Below, one piece after another: positions 54,196-62,132 of a DNA stretch of 64,000 nucleotides (within the stretch, counting starts at the first letter, position 1; every line of letters begins with the position of its first letter). Both the position numbers and the translations under genes were made by a program. The stretch spans positions 3,539 to 67,538 of the forward strand of contig JACOUA010000329.1 of the NCBI GenBank assembly GCA_016178075.1. Reading direction: 5' to 3'. Below the pieces are notes generated by a model. That model did no database searches. It was given only the letters and a program-made list of their open reading frames with translations, and was not told where the DNA came from. This DNA comes from Acidobacteriota bacterium. GTDB taxonomy: Bacteria; Acidobacteriota; Vicinamibacteria; Vicinamibacterales; JACQTH01.

Positions 54196-54774
54196 ATGAA
54201 ACGACTTGCGATCGCGGGACTCCTCGGAGCCACCGTCGCGCTGACGGCCGGTGCGGCGGCCGGCGGCGGGCAGGCACCACCTCCGCCAACACCGACGGTG
54301 AAAGTCGGAGACGCCGCGCCCGACTTCACGCTGCCCTACCTCGAAGCCACGGCCGAGGGAAAAGTCGCCAGCAAGGAAATGAAGCTGAGCGACTTCAAGG
54401 GCAAGAGCGTCGTCGTGCTGGCGTTCTTCCCAGCGGCGTTTTCACCGGGTTGAACGAAAGAGATGTCTCAGTATCGAGACAATGCCAGCAAGTTCGGCAA
54501 CGAGGTGAAGGTGTTCGGAATCAGCGTCGACAGCACCTGGGCGAACAAAGCGTTCCGCGAGCAGGTCGGCGTGGAGTTCCCGATCCTCAGCGACTCGAAG
54601 AAAGAGGTCACGCGCAAGCTCGGGATTCTGAACGAGCAGAGCCAAATGGCGCGGCGGTCCACCTTCGTCGTCGACGCGAACGGGATCATTCAGCACATCG
54701 ATCTGGATGCGACCGCGATCGATCCGAACGGCGCGATCGGCGCCTGCAGTCTGCTCAAGAAGAAGGCGGGATAG
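54196..54774 (+). CDS. Secreted PrxQ/BCP-type peroxiredoxin with in-frame TGA (54451-54453) at the peroxidatic Cys position: candidate selenoprotein
   Basis: Track ORFs 54196..54453 and 54463..54774 are in the same frame, separated only by TGA ACG AAA GAG. The joined sequence reads ..[50 protein letters not shown], i.e. the canonical ..FYP..FTPGCT.E.. Prx active site with TGA in place of Cys. N-terminal signal peptide. Possible resolving Cys in ..GAIGACSLL. Confidence 0.75.
54464..54481 (+). promoter_or_regulatory. Candidate bacterial SECIS hairpin (TGTCTC-agtatc-GAGACA) starting 10 nt after the TGA
   Basis: 6-bp stem and 6-nt loop read from the sequence. The spacing from UGA fits bacterial SECIS geometry. 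The stem is short, so this is tentative. Confidence 0.45.
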
Positions 54775-54777
54775 ATC

Positions 54778-54856
54778 GTCAGAAGTGAGAAGTGGGAAGG
54801 TAGAAGTGAGAAGTGGCTTTCTTTCTTCTTCCTTCTTCCTTCTCACTTCTCACTTC
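54778..54856. repeat. Heptamer-type inverted repeat, word GAGAAGT / ACTTCTC, between convergent Prx and VWA genes
   Basis: CAGAAGTGAGAAGTGGGAAGGTAGAAGTGAGAAGTGG ... CTTCTTCCTTCTTCCTTCTCACTTCTCACTTC. Confidence 0.85.
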
Positions 54857-56112
54857 GTGGCGGGCCGCGGCGGCGGCTTGAGCGAATAGGAAGTGCGCGA
54901 CCAGACCTGCACGCCGAGCCGCCGCACCTTCACCTCGAGCTTCCGGGTCCGTCTGGTCGGGTCCGGGTTGCTCGTGTAGTAGCCGAGCACGTAGTAGTCG
55001 CTCGTTTCGTTGTCGATCTTCTTGAGCGCCCTGTCGAAATCGTTCTGGTTCACGACCGCGACCCCGCCGGTCAATTCGGCCAGCACCCGCAAGCTGTCCT
55101 GCGTCTTTCGGACGTAGTTGCCCCACTCGACCGGGTCGACCGGGTCGTCCAGGTCCGCTCCCGCGACCAGCCCGCGGGGATCGATGGTGTAGATCGTGGC
55201 GTTCGCGCGATTGGCGGCCCGCGTCAGATCGGCGAGCTCGCGCGCCAGGTCCGCGTCGGCGAACTGCTGGCCCTGACGCAGCTCCGGCTGATGCCTGTTT
55301 TCTTCCTTGTCCTCACCGTAGCGTCCACCGAAGAACGGATCCTCGCCGAGCCGGCCTTCAGGAAACGGATTGAAGTCGTAGCCGTTGCTCACGTAGATCA
55401 CGGCCTTGCGCCGGTTGTGGACGCGCTCGAGGTTCTGCATGATCTCGTACGTCGTCGAGAACGCCACGTGCGCGCGATAGCGGACCTCGCTCGGACCGTC
55501 CGCGCTCTCCGGACCTTCGATGATCTCCTGCGGCTTCAGGCCGTTGCCCGCAATCCGCTTGATCGCATCGTCCAGGCGCTTCCGATCGTAGGTGAGATCG
55601 ATCGCCAGCGACGAGGGCCCCGTCGAGACGATTCCGAACATGTCGCCTTCGTGGACGAGGTTCTTCGAAATCCGCTTGAATAGATCCCGAATGCGTCCCG
55701 TGTTCCTGAAATCCAGGTGCAGGTCGTCGACCACGAACAGGAAGATGCGGCCGGCTGCGTCGTTGGTCGGACGCGGCGGCGGCAGGATGATCCCTTCGGG
55801 AGGCGGCGGTGGCGTCGGGGTCAGGGCGCTGAACGTCCGGCCGCCGTGAATGAGCTCGAGCGACGCAATCTCCTGCTTGATGTCGTCCTCGTAGACCTCG
55901 AAATCTCCGGGTTTCAGATCCGCGACGAACTGGCCGTTCTGGTCCCGGACGATCGCATCGGTCGTGATGAGATCGATCGAGATCCGGAAGGTCGGCTGCT
56001 GATCCTTGGGGGGCGGTTGAGGCGGCGGCTGCGGCGTCTGAGCCAGGAGGGCCGTCGACAGGAGCAGCAGCGCCAGCGTGGACGTGCCGAGCCAGGAGCG
56101 TTTCAGCGGCAT
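54850..56112 (-). CDS. VWA domain protein (VWFA-related acidobacterial type)
   Basis: Signal peptide, Pro-rich linker, FRISIDLITTDAIVRDQNGQFVADLKPGDFEVYEDD, then a VWA fold (IFLFVVDDLHL..). Confidence 0.87.
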   Translation of the reverse strand: MPLKRSWLGTSTLALLLLSTALLAQTPQPPPQPPPKDQQPTFRISIDLITTDAIVRDQNGQFVADLKPGDFEVYEDDIKQEIASLELIHGGRTFSALTPTPPPPPEGIILPPPRPTNDAAGRIFLFVVDDLHLDFRNTGRIRDLFKRISKNLVHEGDMFGIVSTGPSSLAIDLTYDRKRLDDAIKRIAGNGLKPQEIIEGPESADGPSEVRYRAHVAFSTTYEIMQNLERVHNRRKAVIYVSNGYDFNPFPEGRLGEDPFFGGRYGEDKEENRHQPELRQGQQFADADLARELADLTRAANRANATIYTIDPRGLVAGADLDDPVDPVEWGNYVRKTQDSLRVLAELTGGVAVVNQNDFDRALKKIDNETSDYYVLGYYTSNPDPTRRTRKLEVKVRRLGVQVWSRTSYSLKPPPRPATK

Positions 56113-56147
56113 GTGCTGAGTATAGCCCGTCCCCTCTTGGACGAGAA

Positions 56148-57050
56148 CTAGCCGCCGCCCGGGGGTCCCTCGGTCCCCGGGGGGGCCGGCCGCCTGCGAC
56201 CTCGGCGGCGGCGCCGACGACGGCCGAGCACGCGGCGGACCTCGTCATAGACCTGCTCGTAGTGTTCAAGGCCCTGCCGGACCTCGTCCGCTGTGACCCA
56301 CGAGTCGGGATCCAGGCGATCGGCTTTCGCCCGAAGCTCCTCCTGACGAGCAGGGTCGGACGTTCGCTCCGCGACCCTGGCCAGGATCTCCGCGTAACGG
56401 GCACGCAATCGGGCATGAGACTCCGGATCGAGGGCGTGAGTGGGTCGTGGGACAGGCTCGGCCTCGAGGTCGGACTCTGGCTCAGACTCCCGGCTGACGC
56501 CGGGCTCCTCCTCTGCCGCCACAGTGTGCAAGAGCTGTTCTTCCACTGCTTCTTCAGCCGGCATCACGTCAACGGGCTCACTTGGCTCAAGCGGGGCGAC
56601 CGGAGGTGCCTCGGATCGGGCGGCCATCGGCTGAACCGGAGGCCTCTGCCCCCCTCGACGACGCTCGGGGCGCCCCGAGCCCGAGTCGAAGGGCGGCCGC
56701 GCGGGACCGCTGCCTCTCGGCCGTTGCTCGACGGGGTTCGGGGCGCGCTGAGCGCGAGTCGACGGGCGCTGCCGGCGGCGAGGACCCTCGGCGCGATGTC
56801 GGGATTCAACGGTCGACGGCTCTGGTCGCGCCTGCAGGATTCGCTTCCAGTCGAACTTCAGTTCCGGATTGCTTTCCTCGATCGTGCGGATCGCGTCCTC
56901 GTCCAGCGGCGACCGTCCCACACGGACTCCGGGCGGCGTGCGAAACCAATAAAGGACACGCGGCTGCGAGCGCCCGCGGATCCGGAACGCGTGCATCAGG
57001 TACGTGTTCTCGTACCCGCGGGTATCGCGTGTAAAACGCAAGAAGGGCAT
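56148..57050 (-). CDS. Hypothetical protein: conserved-looking N-domain, disordered repeat-containing middle, Arg-rich tail
   Basis: MPFLRFTRDTRGYENTYLMHAFRIRGRSQPRVLYWFRTPPGV.. followed by low-complexity P/E/R-rich sequence that includes a palindromic repeat. No family recognised. Confidence 0.6.
   Translation of the reverse strand: MPFLRFTRDTRGYENTYLMHAFRIRGRSQPRVLYWFRTPPGVRVGRSPLDEDAIRTIEESNPELKFDWKRILQARPEPSTVESRHRAEGPRRRQRPSTRAQRAPNPVEQRPRGSGPARPPFDSGSGRPERRRGGQRPPVQPMAARSEAPPVAPLEPSEPVDVMPAEEAVEEQLLHTVAAEEEPGVSRESEPESDLEAEPVPRPTHALDPESHARLRARYAEILARVAERTSDPARQEELRAKADRLDPDSWVTADEVRQGLEHYEQVYDEVRRVLGRRRRRRRGRRRPAPPGTEGPPGGG
56652..56693. repeat. GC-rich palindromic repeat variant (CCCTCGAC..CTCGGGGCGCCCCGAG..GTCGAAGGG) inside a coding sequence
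   Basis: 16-nt perfect palindrome CTCGGGGCGCCCCGAG, flanked by the CCYTCGAC / GTCGARGG outer repeat. Confidence 0.8.
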
Positions 57051-57053
57051 TCT

Positions 57054-57173
57054 TGGCTATCAGCTATCAGCTGTCAGCTATCAGCTCCGCCTATCAGCGT
57101 CGGGAAGGCCGCACATCGGTGCGGCCGAAATCAAACGAGGATGCTGAGAGCTGAAAGCTGAGAGCTGTTAGCT
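57054..57173. repeat. Heptamer-periodic inverted repeat, word CAGCTNT / ANAGCTG, with a central GGCCGCAC-atcg-GTGCGGCC hairpin
   Basis: GGCTATCAGCTATCAGCTGTCAGCTATCAGCTC ... GCTGAGAGCTGAAAGCTGAGAGCTGTTAGC. Confidence 0.88.
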
Positions 57174-57176
57174 CGT

Positions 57177-57974
57177 TCACCGCCGCCTCGGCGTGCCGCC
57201 AGCTTTCTTCGACTGGGTCGTCCGGGCGCGCGTGCCGGCGCCTGGGCGGGCTTTCTTCGGCGCAGCCTTCGACCCGGGCTGCGAGCGCCCCGAGCCCCGT
57301 CGAGGGGCGGCGCGCCTCTGCGAACCTCGTCCTGCCGCCGCGGAACGCCGCGCGCGTGCTTCGGCGCCCTTCGACCTGGGCTCAGGGCGCCCCGAGCCTT
57401 GTCGAGTGGCAGCCGCCGAAGGCTGGCGAGCGCCGCGGTGCACCAGCGCGAATCGTGTCTGGTCACCGAGCGAGTGGTAGCCCCAGATCTCGGTGACCTC
57501 AATCTGATTGTCCGAACAAAGTCGGCGCGCCGCTTCCACCGACCCGCTCGGCACGTACAAGTAGAAAGGCGCGCGGAACCGAGCCATCGGCCCCCACTGG
57601 GCGAGCGCTTCCATATTGTTGACCGATTCACCGGTTTCCACCTCGACGATGCCGTGGATCTTCCGCCCACCGTGAAGCGAGGTGAGGACCAAATCGGGAT
57701 AGAGCGTCGCGGTCCCGGTTCCCGCGCTGGCGGTCTGCTCCGCCCCAAGGTTCGCGGCAACGTTGTACCGCCGGCGCCACCTCGCCTGGAGCTGCCGGAT
57801 CACACGGTCGTGTTCGAGCTGCTCCCTGACGGGGCGCACGAGGATGGGGCTCACGATTCCTCCATCGCTAAGCCTGCGGAGCCTGATTGGGGGGTCAGTC
57901 AGTGGGTAACCGAGCCCCAGACTATAGCATGAACCTCGAACCGTACCTGGGGGCAACGTGAACGCACCTTGCAT
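57177..57974 (-). CDS. Hypothetical protein, possible PD-(D/E)xK-like core, with a repeat-derived basic C-terminal tail
   Basis: The core ..VREQLEHDRVIRQLQ...LYPDLVL...GIVEVETGESV...FYLYVPSG.. loosely resembles a restriction-endonuclease-like fold (weak). The last ~90 aa are encoded by two palindromic repeat copies. The start is uncertain. Confidence 0.5.
   Translation of the reverse strand: MQGAFTLPPGTVRGSCYSLGLGYPLTDPPIRLRRLSDGGIVSPILVRPVREQLEHDRVIRQLQARWRRRYNVAANLGAEQTASAGTGTATLYPDLVLTSLHGGRKIHGIVEVETGESVNNMEALAQWGPMARFRAPFYLYVPSGSVEAARRLCSDNQIEVTEIWGYHSLGDQTRFALVHRGARQPSAAATRQGSGRPEPRSKGAEARARRSAAAGRGSQRRAAPRRGSGRSQPGSKAAPKKARPGAGTRARTTQSKKAGGTPRRR
57266..57409. repeat. Two tandem copies of the GC-rich palindromic repeat variant within the 3' part of the hypothetical gene
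   Basis: CCTTCGACCCGGGCTGCGAGCGCCCCGAGCCCCGTCGAGGGG and CCCTTCGACCTGGGCTCAGGGCGCCCCGAGCCTTGTCGAGTGG, about 100 nt apart. Confidence 0.82.
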
Positions 57975-58005
57975 TCTTTGCGCCCTGCACCTTCGTGTAC
58001 GCTTA

Positions 58006-58058
58006 GACCGCTATACGGCGCCTTACGAGAATTTCGTTCTCGTTGCCGTAGAGCGGTC
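58006..58058. repeat. Small hairpin element (GACCGCTATACGGC ... GCCGTAGAGCGGTC) with an inner ACGAGAA/TTCTCGT stem, flanked by TTA / CTA
   Basis: Read directly. One mismatch in the 14-bp outer stem. The flanks resemble the TTA flanks of 34881-35037 and 49051-49255. Confidence 0.65.
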
Positions 58059-58084
58059 CTAGGCGCGCACAGCGCGCCTGCGAG

Positions 58085-58125
58085 CCGGGGTCCCCGACGC
58101 GCGTTTTTCAGCGCGTTGGGGTGGG
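58085..58125. repeat. CCCCGACGCG-loop-CGCGTTGGGGTGG hairpin module, copy 3
   Basis: CCGGGGTCCCCGACGCGCGTTTTTCAGCGCGTTGGGGTGGG, upstream of hemE. Confidence 0.75.
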
Positions 58126-58202
58126 AGGGAGCGGCGCGGGGCGTAGGGGCCCCCGCAAGCGACCGAGCCAGGGTCCGGGGCAGAGCCCCGGCCTAGTTTG
58201 TT

Positions 58203-59249
58203 GTGAACGACCGATTCACGCGCGCGTGCCGCCGCCAACTCGTCGATGCCACCCCGGTCTGGTTCATGCGTCAGGCCGGCCGCTACATGGCCGAGTACCG
58301 GACGCTCAGAGAGCGCCACTCGCTCATCGAGATCTGCCGCACGCCCGAGCTTGCGACTGAGGTGACCTTGCAGCCGGTCGCACGCCTCGAGGTGGACGCC
58401 GCGATTCTCTTCTCAGACTTGCTCGTGCCGCTCGCGCCGCTCGGCCTGCCGTTCGATTTCGTCAGCGGCGAAGGCCCAGCCATCGCGACGCCGATTCGCC
58501 AGGCGGCTGACGTTGACCGCTTGAGGCGCTTCGAGCCGCGCGAGGCGCTCGCGTTCGTGTTCGACGCGATCAAAGAGGTGAGGGCGGCGCTCGCCGGCAG
58601 GCTTCCGTTGATCGGCTTTGGAGGCGCCCCCTTCACGCTGGCGTCATACGCAATCGAGGGCGGCCACTCGTCGACGTTCGCGCTGACGAAGGCGTTCATG
58701 TATCGAGAGCCGAAGGCGTGGGCGAAACTGATGGAGCTCTTGTCGACGGTCGTGCTCGACTACCTCCGGGCTCAGGTCGAGGCTGGCGTGCAGGCGGTGC
58801 AGGTGTTCGATTCGTGGGTCGGGGTCCTGAGCCCCGACGATTACCGCGAGTTCGCCCTGCCGTACACACGAGCGATCTTCCGCGGCCTGAGGGACGCCGC
58901 CGTTCCCACCATTCACTTCGGAACCGGGACGTCAGCGTTGCTGGCCGACATGCGCGATGCCGGCGGCGAGGTGATCGGGATCGACTGGCGGATCCCGCTG
59001 GACGAGGCGTGGGCTCGGATTGGCGAGGGACACGCGATCCAGGGCAACCTCGACCCCGCGGTGCTCATCGGACCCCTGGATCGGCTGATTGCCGCCGCCG
59101 ACCTCGTCCTGGACCGCGCGGCCGCCCGGCCCGGTCACATCTTCAATCTCGGCCACGGAATCCTTCCCAGCACGCCGCTCGAGCACGTGCAGGAGCTCGC
59201 CCACCACGTTCATCAGAGAACGAAGAATCTTCGTCCTCCGTTGCGATGA
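58203..59249 (+). CDS. hemE: Uroporphyrinogen decarboxylase
   Basis: PVWFMRQAGRYMAEYR N-terminal signature. 348 aa. GTG start. Confidence 0.95.
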   Translation: MNDRFTRACRRQLVDATPVWFMRQAGRYMAEYRTLRERHSLIEICRTPELATEVTLQPVARLEVDAAILFSDLLVPLAPLGLPFDFVSGEGPAIATPIRQAADVDRLRRFEPREALAFVFDAIKEVRAALAGRLPLIGFGGAPFTLASYAIEGGHSSTFALTKAFMYREPKAWAKLMELLSTVVLDYLRAQVEAGVQAVQVFDSWVGVLSPDDYREFALPYTRAIFRGLRDAAVPTIHFGTGTSALLADMRDAGGEVIGIDWRIPLDEAWARIGEGHAIQGNLDPAVLIGPLDRLIAAADLVLDRAAARPGHIFNLGHGILPSTPLEHVQELAHHVHQRTKNLRPPLR

Positions 59250-60619
59250 TCGCCATTGTCGGTGGTGGGATCTCCGGCCTGGCCGCGGCCTTCGAGCTGC
59301 AGCGGCAGCGCGTCGACTTCCGGTTGTTCGAAAAGTCCCGGCGCCTCGGCGGGCTCATCCTGACCGAGGATGTCGATGGGCTCATCATCGAAGCCGGGCC
59401 GGATGCTCTGCTGGTTCAGAAGCCGGCAGCGATCGAGCTGTGTCGCGAGCTGGGGCTGAACGACCATCTGGTTCCCACCTCCCCTCCTCGTACGGCCTAC
59501 ATCGTGCGAAATCGAAAGCTGCACCCCATCCCGGACCGTTCGTTTCTCGGCATCCCGCTCACGATGACCGCGCTGGCCCGCTGCGGCTTTCTGTCTGCCG
59601 TCGGTAAGGCTCGCCTCGCCGCCGAGCGGTTCGTCACGCCGAGGACGAGCGCCGAGGATGAATCGATCGCGGACTTCATGCAGCGGCGATTCGGTCGCGA
59701 GGCCGTGGATTACCTGGCTGAGCCACTCCTTGCCGGCATCCATGCCGGTGACGTGAAACGACTCTCGATGCAGGCGCTCTTCCCCCGACTTCCGGAGGCT
59801 GAGAAGCAGTACGGCAGCGTCCTGCGCGCGCTCGGCAAAACCGAGCGACCACGCTCGGCGGAGGGGGCGTTCCTGTCGCTCGATCGCGGCCTCGGCGATC
59901 TCGTCACGGCGCTGGAGCGTGCGCTCCCCGGCTCGGCCGTGGAACGGGAGGCCGGCGTGACCAGGATCGCGTTCGACGCGACCAGCCGAGACTACCTGAT
60001 TCACACCGCGCGCCGCGAGCCGGTGCGCGCGCGCGGCGTCATCCTCACGACGCCGGCGTATGTCACCGGAACCTTGCTCCAGGACCTCGATCCGCATCTG
60101 GCCGAGCACTGTCGGGCGATCCCGTATGTCTCGACCGCGTCGGTTTCGCTGGCGTACCGCCGTGAGGCGATCGCAGACCCCATCGAAGGGGTGGGGTTCC
60201 TGGTGCCTTCTGCGGAGCGGCTGCACATCCTGGCCGCGTCCTGGGTTTCGTCGAAGTGGCCCGGGCGCGCCCCCCCACATCTCGCGCTCCTGCGCGTGTT
60301 CGTCGGGAGCGCGCGCGACACCGAGATCCTGCGGCGTTCCGACGAGGAGCTGGTGCGAGTCGCCCACGAGGAGCTCAGCCAGCTCATGCGAATTCGTGAA
60401 TGGCCAAGCGTCACTCGTGTGTATCGTTGGGAGCGCGCCAGCGCCCAGCACGACGTCGGGCACCTCGAGCATGTCCGCACGATTGAGCGAAAACTTGAAC
60501 GTTTTCAGGGCCTTACGGTGACAGGCAGCGGCTTTCGCGGTGTCGGGATCCCGGATTGCATTTCTGACGCTCGTCGCACCGCCGAGCTTACTGCAGCACG
60601 GATTTGCACGAGCCGATAA
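59246..60619 (+). CDS. hemY: Protoporphyrinogen/coproporphyrinogen III oxidase, FAD-dependent (HemY type)
   Basis: MIAIVGGGISGLAAAFEL dinucleotide-binding start. ATGA overlap with hemE. The ORF-track start 58718 is an out-of-gene extension. Confidence 0.9.
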   Translation: MIAIVGGGISGLAAAFELQRQRVDFRLFEKSRRLGGLILTEDVDGLIIEAGPDALLVQKPAAIELCRELGLNDHLVPTSPPRTAYIVRNRKLHPIPDRSFLGIPLTMTALARCGFLSAVGKARLAAERFVTPRTSAEDESIADFMQRRFGREAVDYLAEPLLAGIHAGDVKRLSMQALFPRLPEAEKQYGSVLRALGKTERPRSAEGAFLSLDRGLGDLVTALERALPGSAVEREAGVTRIAFDATSRDYLIHTARREPVRARGVILTTPAYVTGTLLQDLDPHLAEHCRAIPYVSTASVSLAYRREAIADPIEGVGFLVPSAERLHILAASWVSSKWPGRAPPHLALLRVFVGSARDTEILRRSDEELVRVAHEELSQLMRIREWPSVTRVYRWERASAQHDVGHLEHVRTIERKLERFQGLTVTGSGFRGVGIPDCISDARRTAELTAARICTSR

Positions 60620-60629
60620 GCCGAGTGGC

Positions 60630-61361
60630 ATGGATAGCATTGATCTGCCGGGGGCCATTTTCGGCCGGGCTACCGATGAGTTCGTGATGCCCACGCCGCC
60701 TCCCCGTCAACGCCAGCGCCTGTTGCTCGTCGAGGACGACGAAGAGAACGCCAATATCGTCACGGAGCTCCTTCAGATCAATGGATTCGAGGTGCACCGT
60801 GCGAACGATGGCCCGTCGACCCTGAAGCTCGTTCGGGATCACGAGTTCGACGCCGTCGTCCTCGACGTGTTACTGCCCGGGATGGATGGCTTCGAGGTCT
60901 GCCGTCAGCTTCGCGCCGATCCCTCGACCCAGAATCTGGTCATCGTGCTGCTCACCGGCCTCGACGACATCCCGTCGAAACTCGAAGGGTTGAACGGCGG
61001 CGCCGACGACTATCTGGTGAAGCCGGTGACGTCGCGCGAGCTCGTGGCGCGGATCCGCCGTCGGCTCGAGGCCCGCGATGCCGGTTCCGATGAAGTCCGT
61101 AAGCAGCGCCTGCTCGCGATCGGTCAGCTCGCCACGGCGATCTGCCACGAGATCAACAACCCGCTGACCGCGGCGCTCGGCACGCTCGATCTCGTGCTCT
61201 ACCGCAACGACATCACCCCCCCCGTGCGGCGCGAGCTGGAACAGTGTCAGACGGCGCTTCTCCGCATCAGCCAGATCATCTCGCGCCTCGACGAGGTCGA
61301 AGACCGCACCGTCATCTACGTCGGTGCCGACCAGATGATCGACCTCGCCAAAGAAGAATAG
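60630..61361 (+). CDS. Response-regulator receiver domain fused to a DHp (HisKA-like) domain, lacking an ATPase domain
   Basis: REC: LLLVEDDEENA..DAVVLDVLLPGMDGFEV..YLVKP. Then an H-box LATAICHEINNPLTAALG and two helices. The protein ends ~60 aa later, with no N/G1/G2 boxes. Confidence 0.8.
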   Translation: MDSIDLPGAIFGRATDEFVMPTPPPRQRQRLLLVEDDEENANIVTELLQINGFEVHRANDGPSTLKLVRDHEFDAVVLDVLLPGMDGFEVCRQLRADPSTQNLVIVLLTGLDDIPSKLEGLNGGADDYLVKPVTSRELVARIRRRLEARDAGSDEVRKQRLLAIGQLATAICHEINNPLTAALGTLDLVLYRNDITPPVRRELEQCQTALLRISQIISRLDEVEDRTVIYVGADQMIDLAKEE

Positions 61362-61366
61362 CCGCC

Positions 61367-61411
61367 CCCAATCCCGAATCCCGATTCCCGAATCCCGAAT
61401 CCCTGATCGGA
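61367..61411. repeat. Single-arm tandem heptamer tract (GAATCCC x5), no obvious partner arm
   Basis: CCAATCCCGAATCCCGATTCCCGAATCCCGAATCCCTGATCGG. Same word as the right arm of 17891-17988. Confidence 0.75.
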
Positions 61412-61424
61412 TAAACTCTGAGGC

Positions 61425-62132
61425 ATGGCTGCGTCTCGATCGGCATACCCGCTCGCCCTGGCGGTGCTCGCGCTCGGGTTGGGGATCTTCGGCTACGCTT
61501 TTTTGGAAAGACGCGGAGCCGCACCTGCGGAAGCGCGCATCTCCGCACCGCCGACCGCCGCGGCCGGCGCGGGAAAAGTCGACCTGACGAGCGAGATTCG
61601 CGGCGTCCTCGCGTCGATCAAAGCCGCCGACGCCGGTCAGCTGGCCGTCTCCCAGGAGGATGGCCGGTTTCTGCGCGCGCTCGTCGTGACGGCCCGGGCG
61701 CGGCGTGGTCTGGAGATCGGGTCGGCGAGCGGCTACAGTGCGATTTGGATGGGGCTCGGGTTTCGCGAAACCGGCGGCCGATTGACGACGATCGAGTACG
61801 ACCCGGAGCGGGCGCGAGAGGCCGCCCGCAACATCGAGCGCGCCGGATTGAACGACGTCGTCACAGTCGTGGCAGGCGATGCCTTCAGCGAGATTTCGCG
61901 TCTTCCCGGGTCGTTCGACTTCGTGTTCCTCGACGCCTGGAAGAAGGACTACAGGCGGTTCTTCGATCTCGTCTTCCCGCGCCTCGATCGCGGCGGCCTC
62001 TTCACGGCGCACAACGTCGTCAACAAGCGCGACGAGATGCGTGAGTTCCTGGAGGCCATCGAGGGGCCCGAGTTGCTGACATCGATCGTGTCGCCCGGCA
62101 GTGAAGGAATGTCCGTATCGGTTCGGCGCTGA
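61425..62132 (+). CDS. Class I SAM-dependent O-methyltransferase (family 3, caffeoyl-CoA OMT-like), with signal/anchor sequence
   Basis: LEIGSASGYSAIWMG, TTIEYDPERAREA, FDFVFLDAWKKDY. Confidence 0.85.
   Translation: MAASRSAYPLALAVLALGLGIFGYAFLERRGAAPAEARISAPPTAAAGAGKVDLTSEIRGVLASIKAADAGQLAVSQEDGRFLRALVVTARARRGLEIGSASGYSAIWMGLGFRETGGRLTTIEYDPERAREAARNIERAGLNDVVTVVAGDAFSEISRLPGSFDFVFLDAWKKDYRRFFDLVFPRLDRGGLFTAHNVVNKRDEMREFLEAIEGPELLTSIVSPGSEGMSVSVRR

Noticed and set aside
54196-54774. Treating 54196..54453 and 54463..54774 as two separate small genes
   Set aside because: Neither half is a complete Prx fold. Together they are collinear with PrxQ/BCP, and the interruption is a single TGA at the catalytic Cys. 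A nonsense pseudogene remains the alternative to Sec recoding and is noted in the finding.
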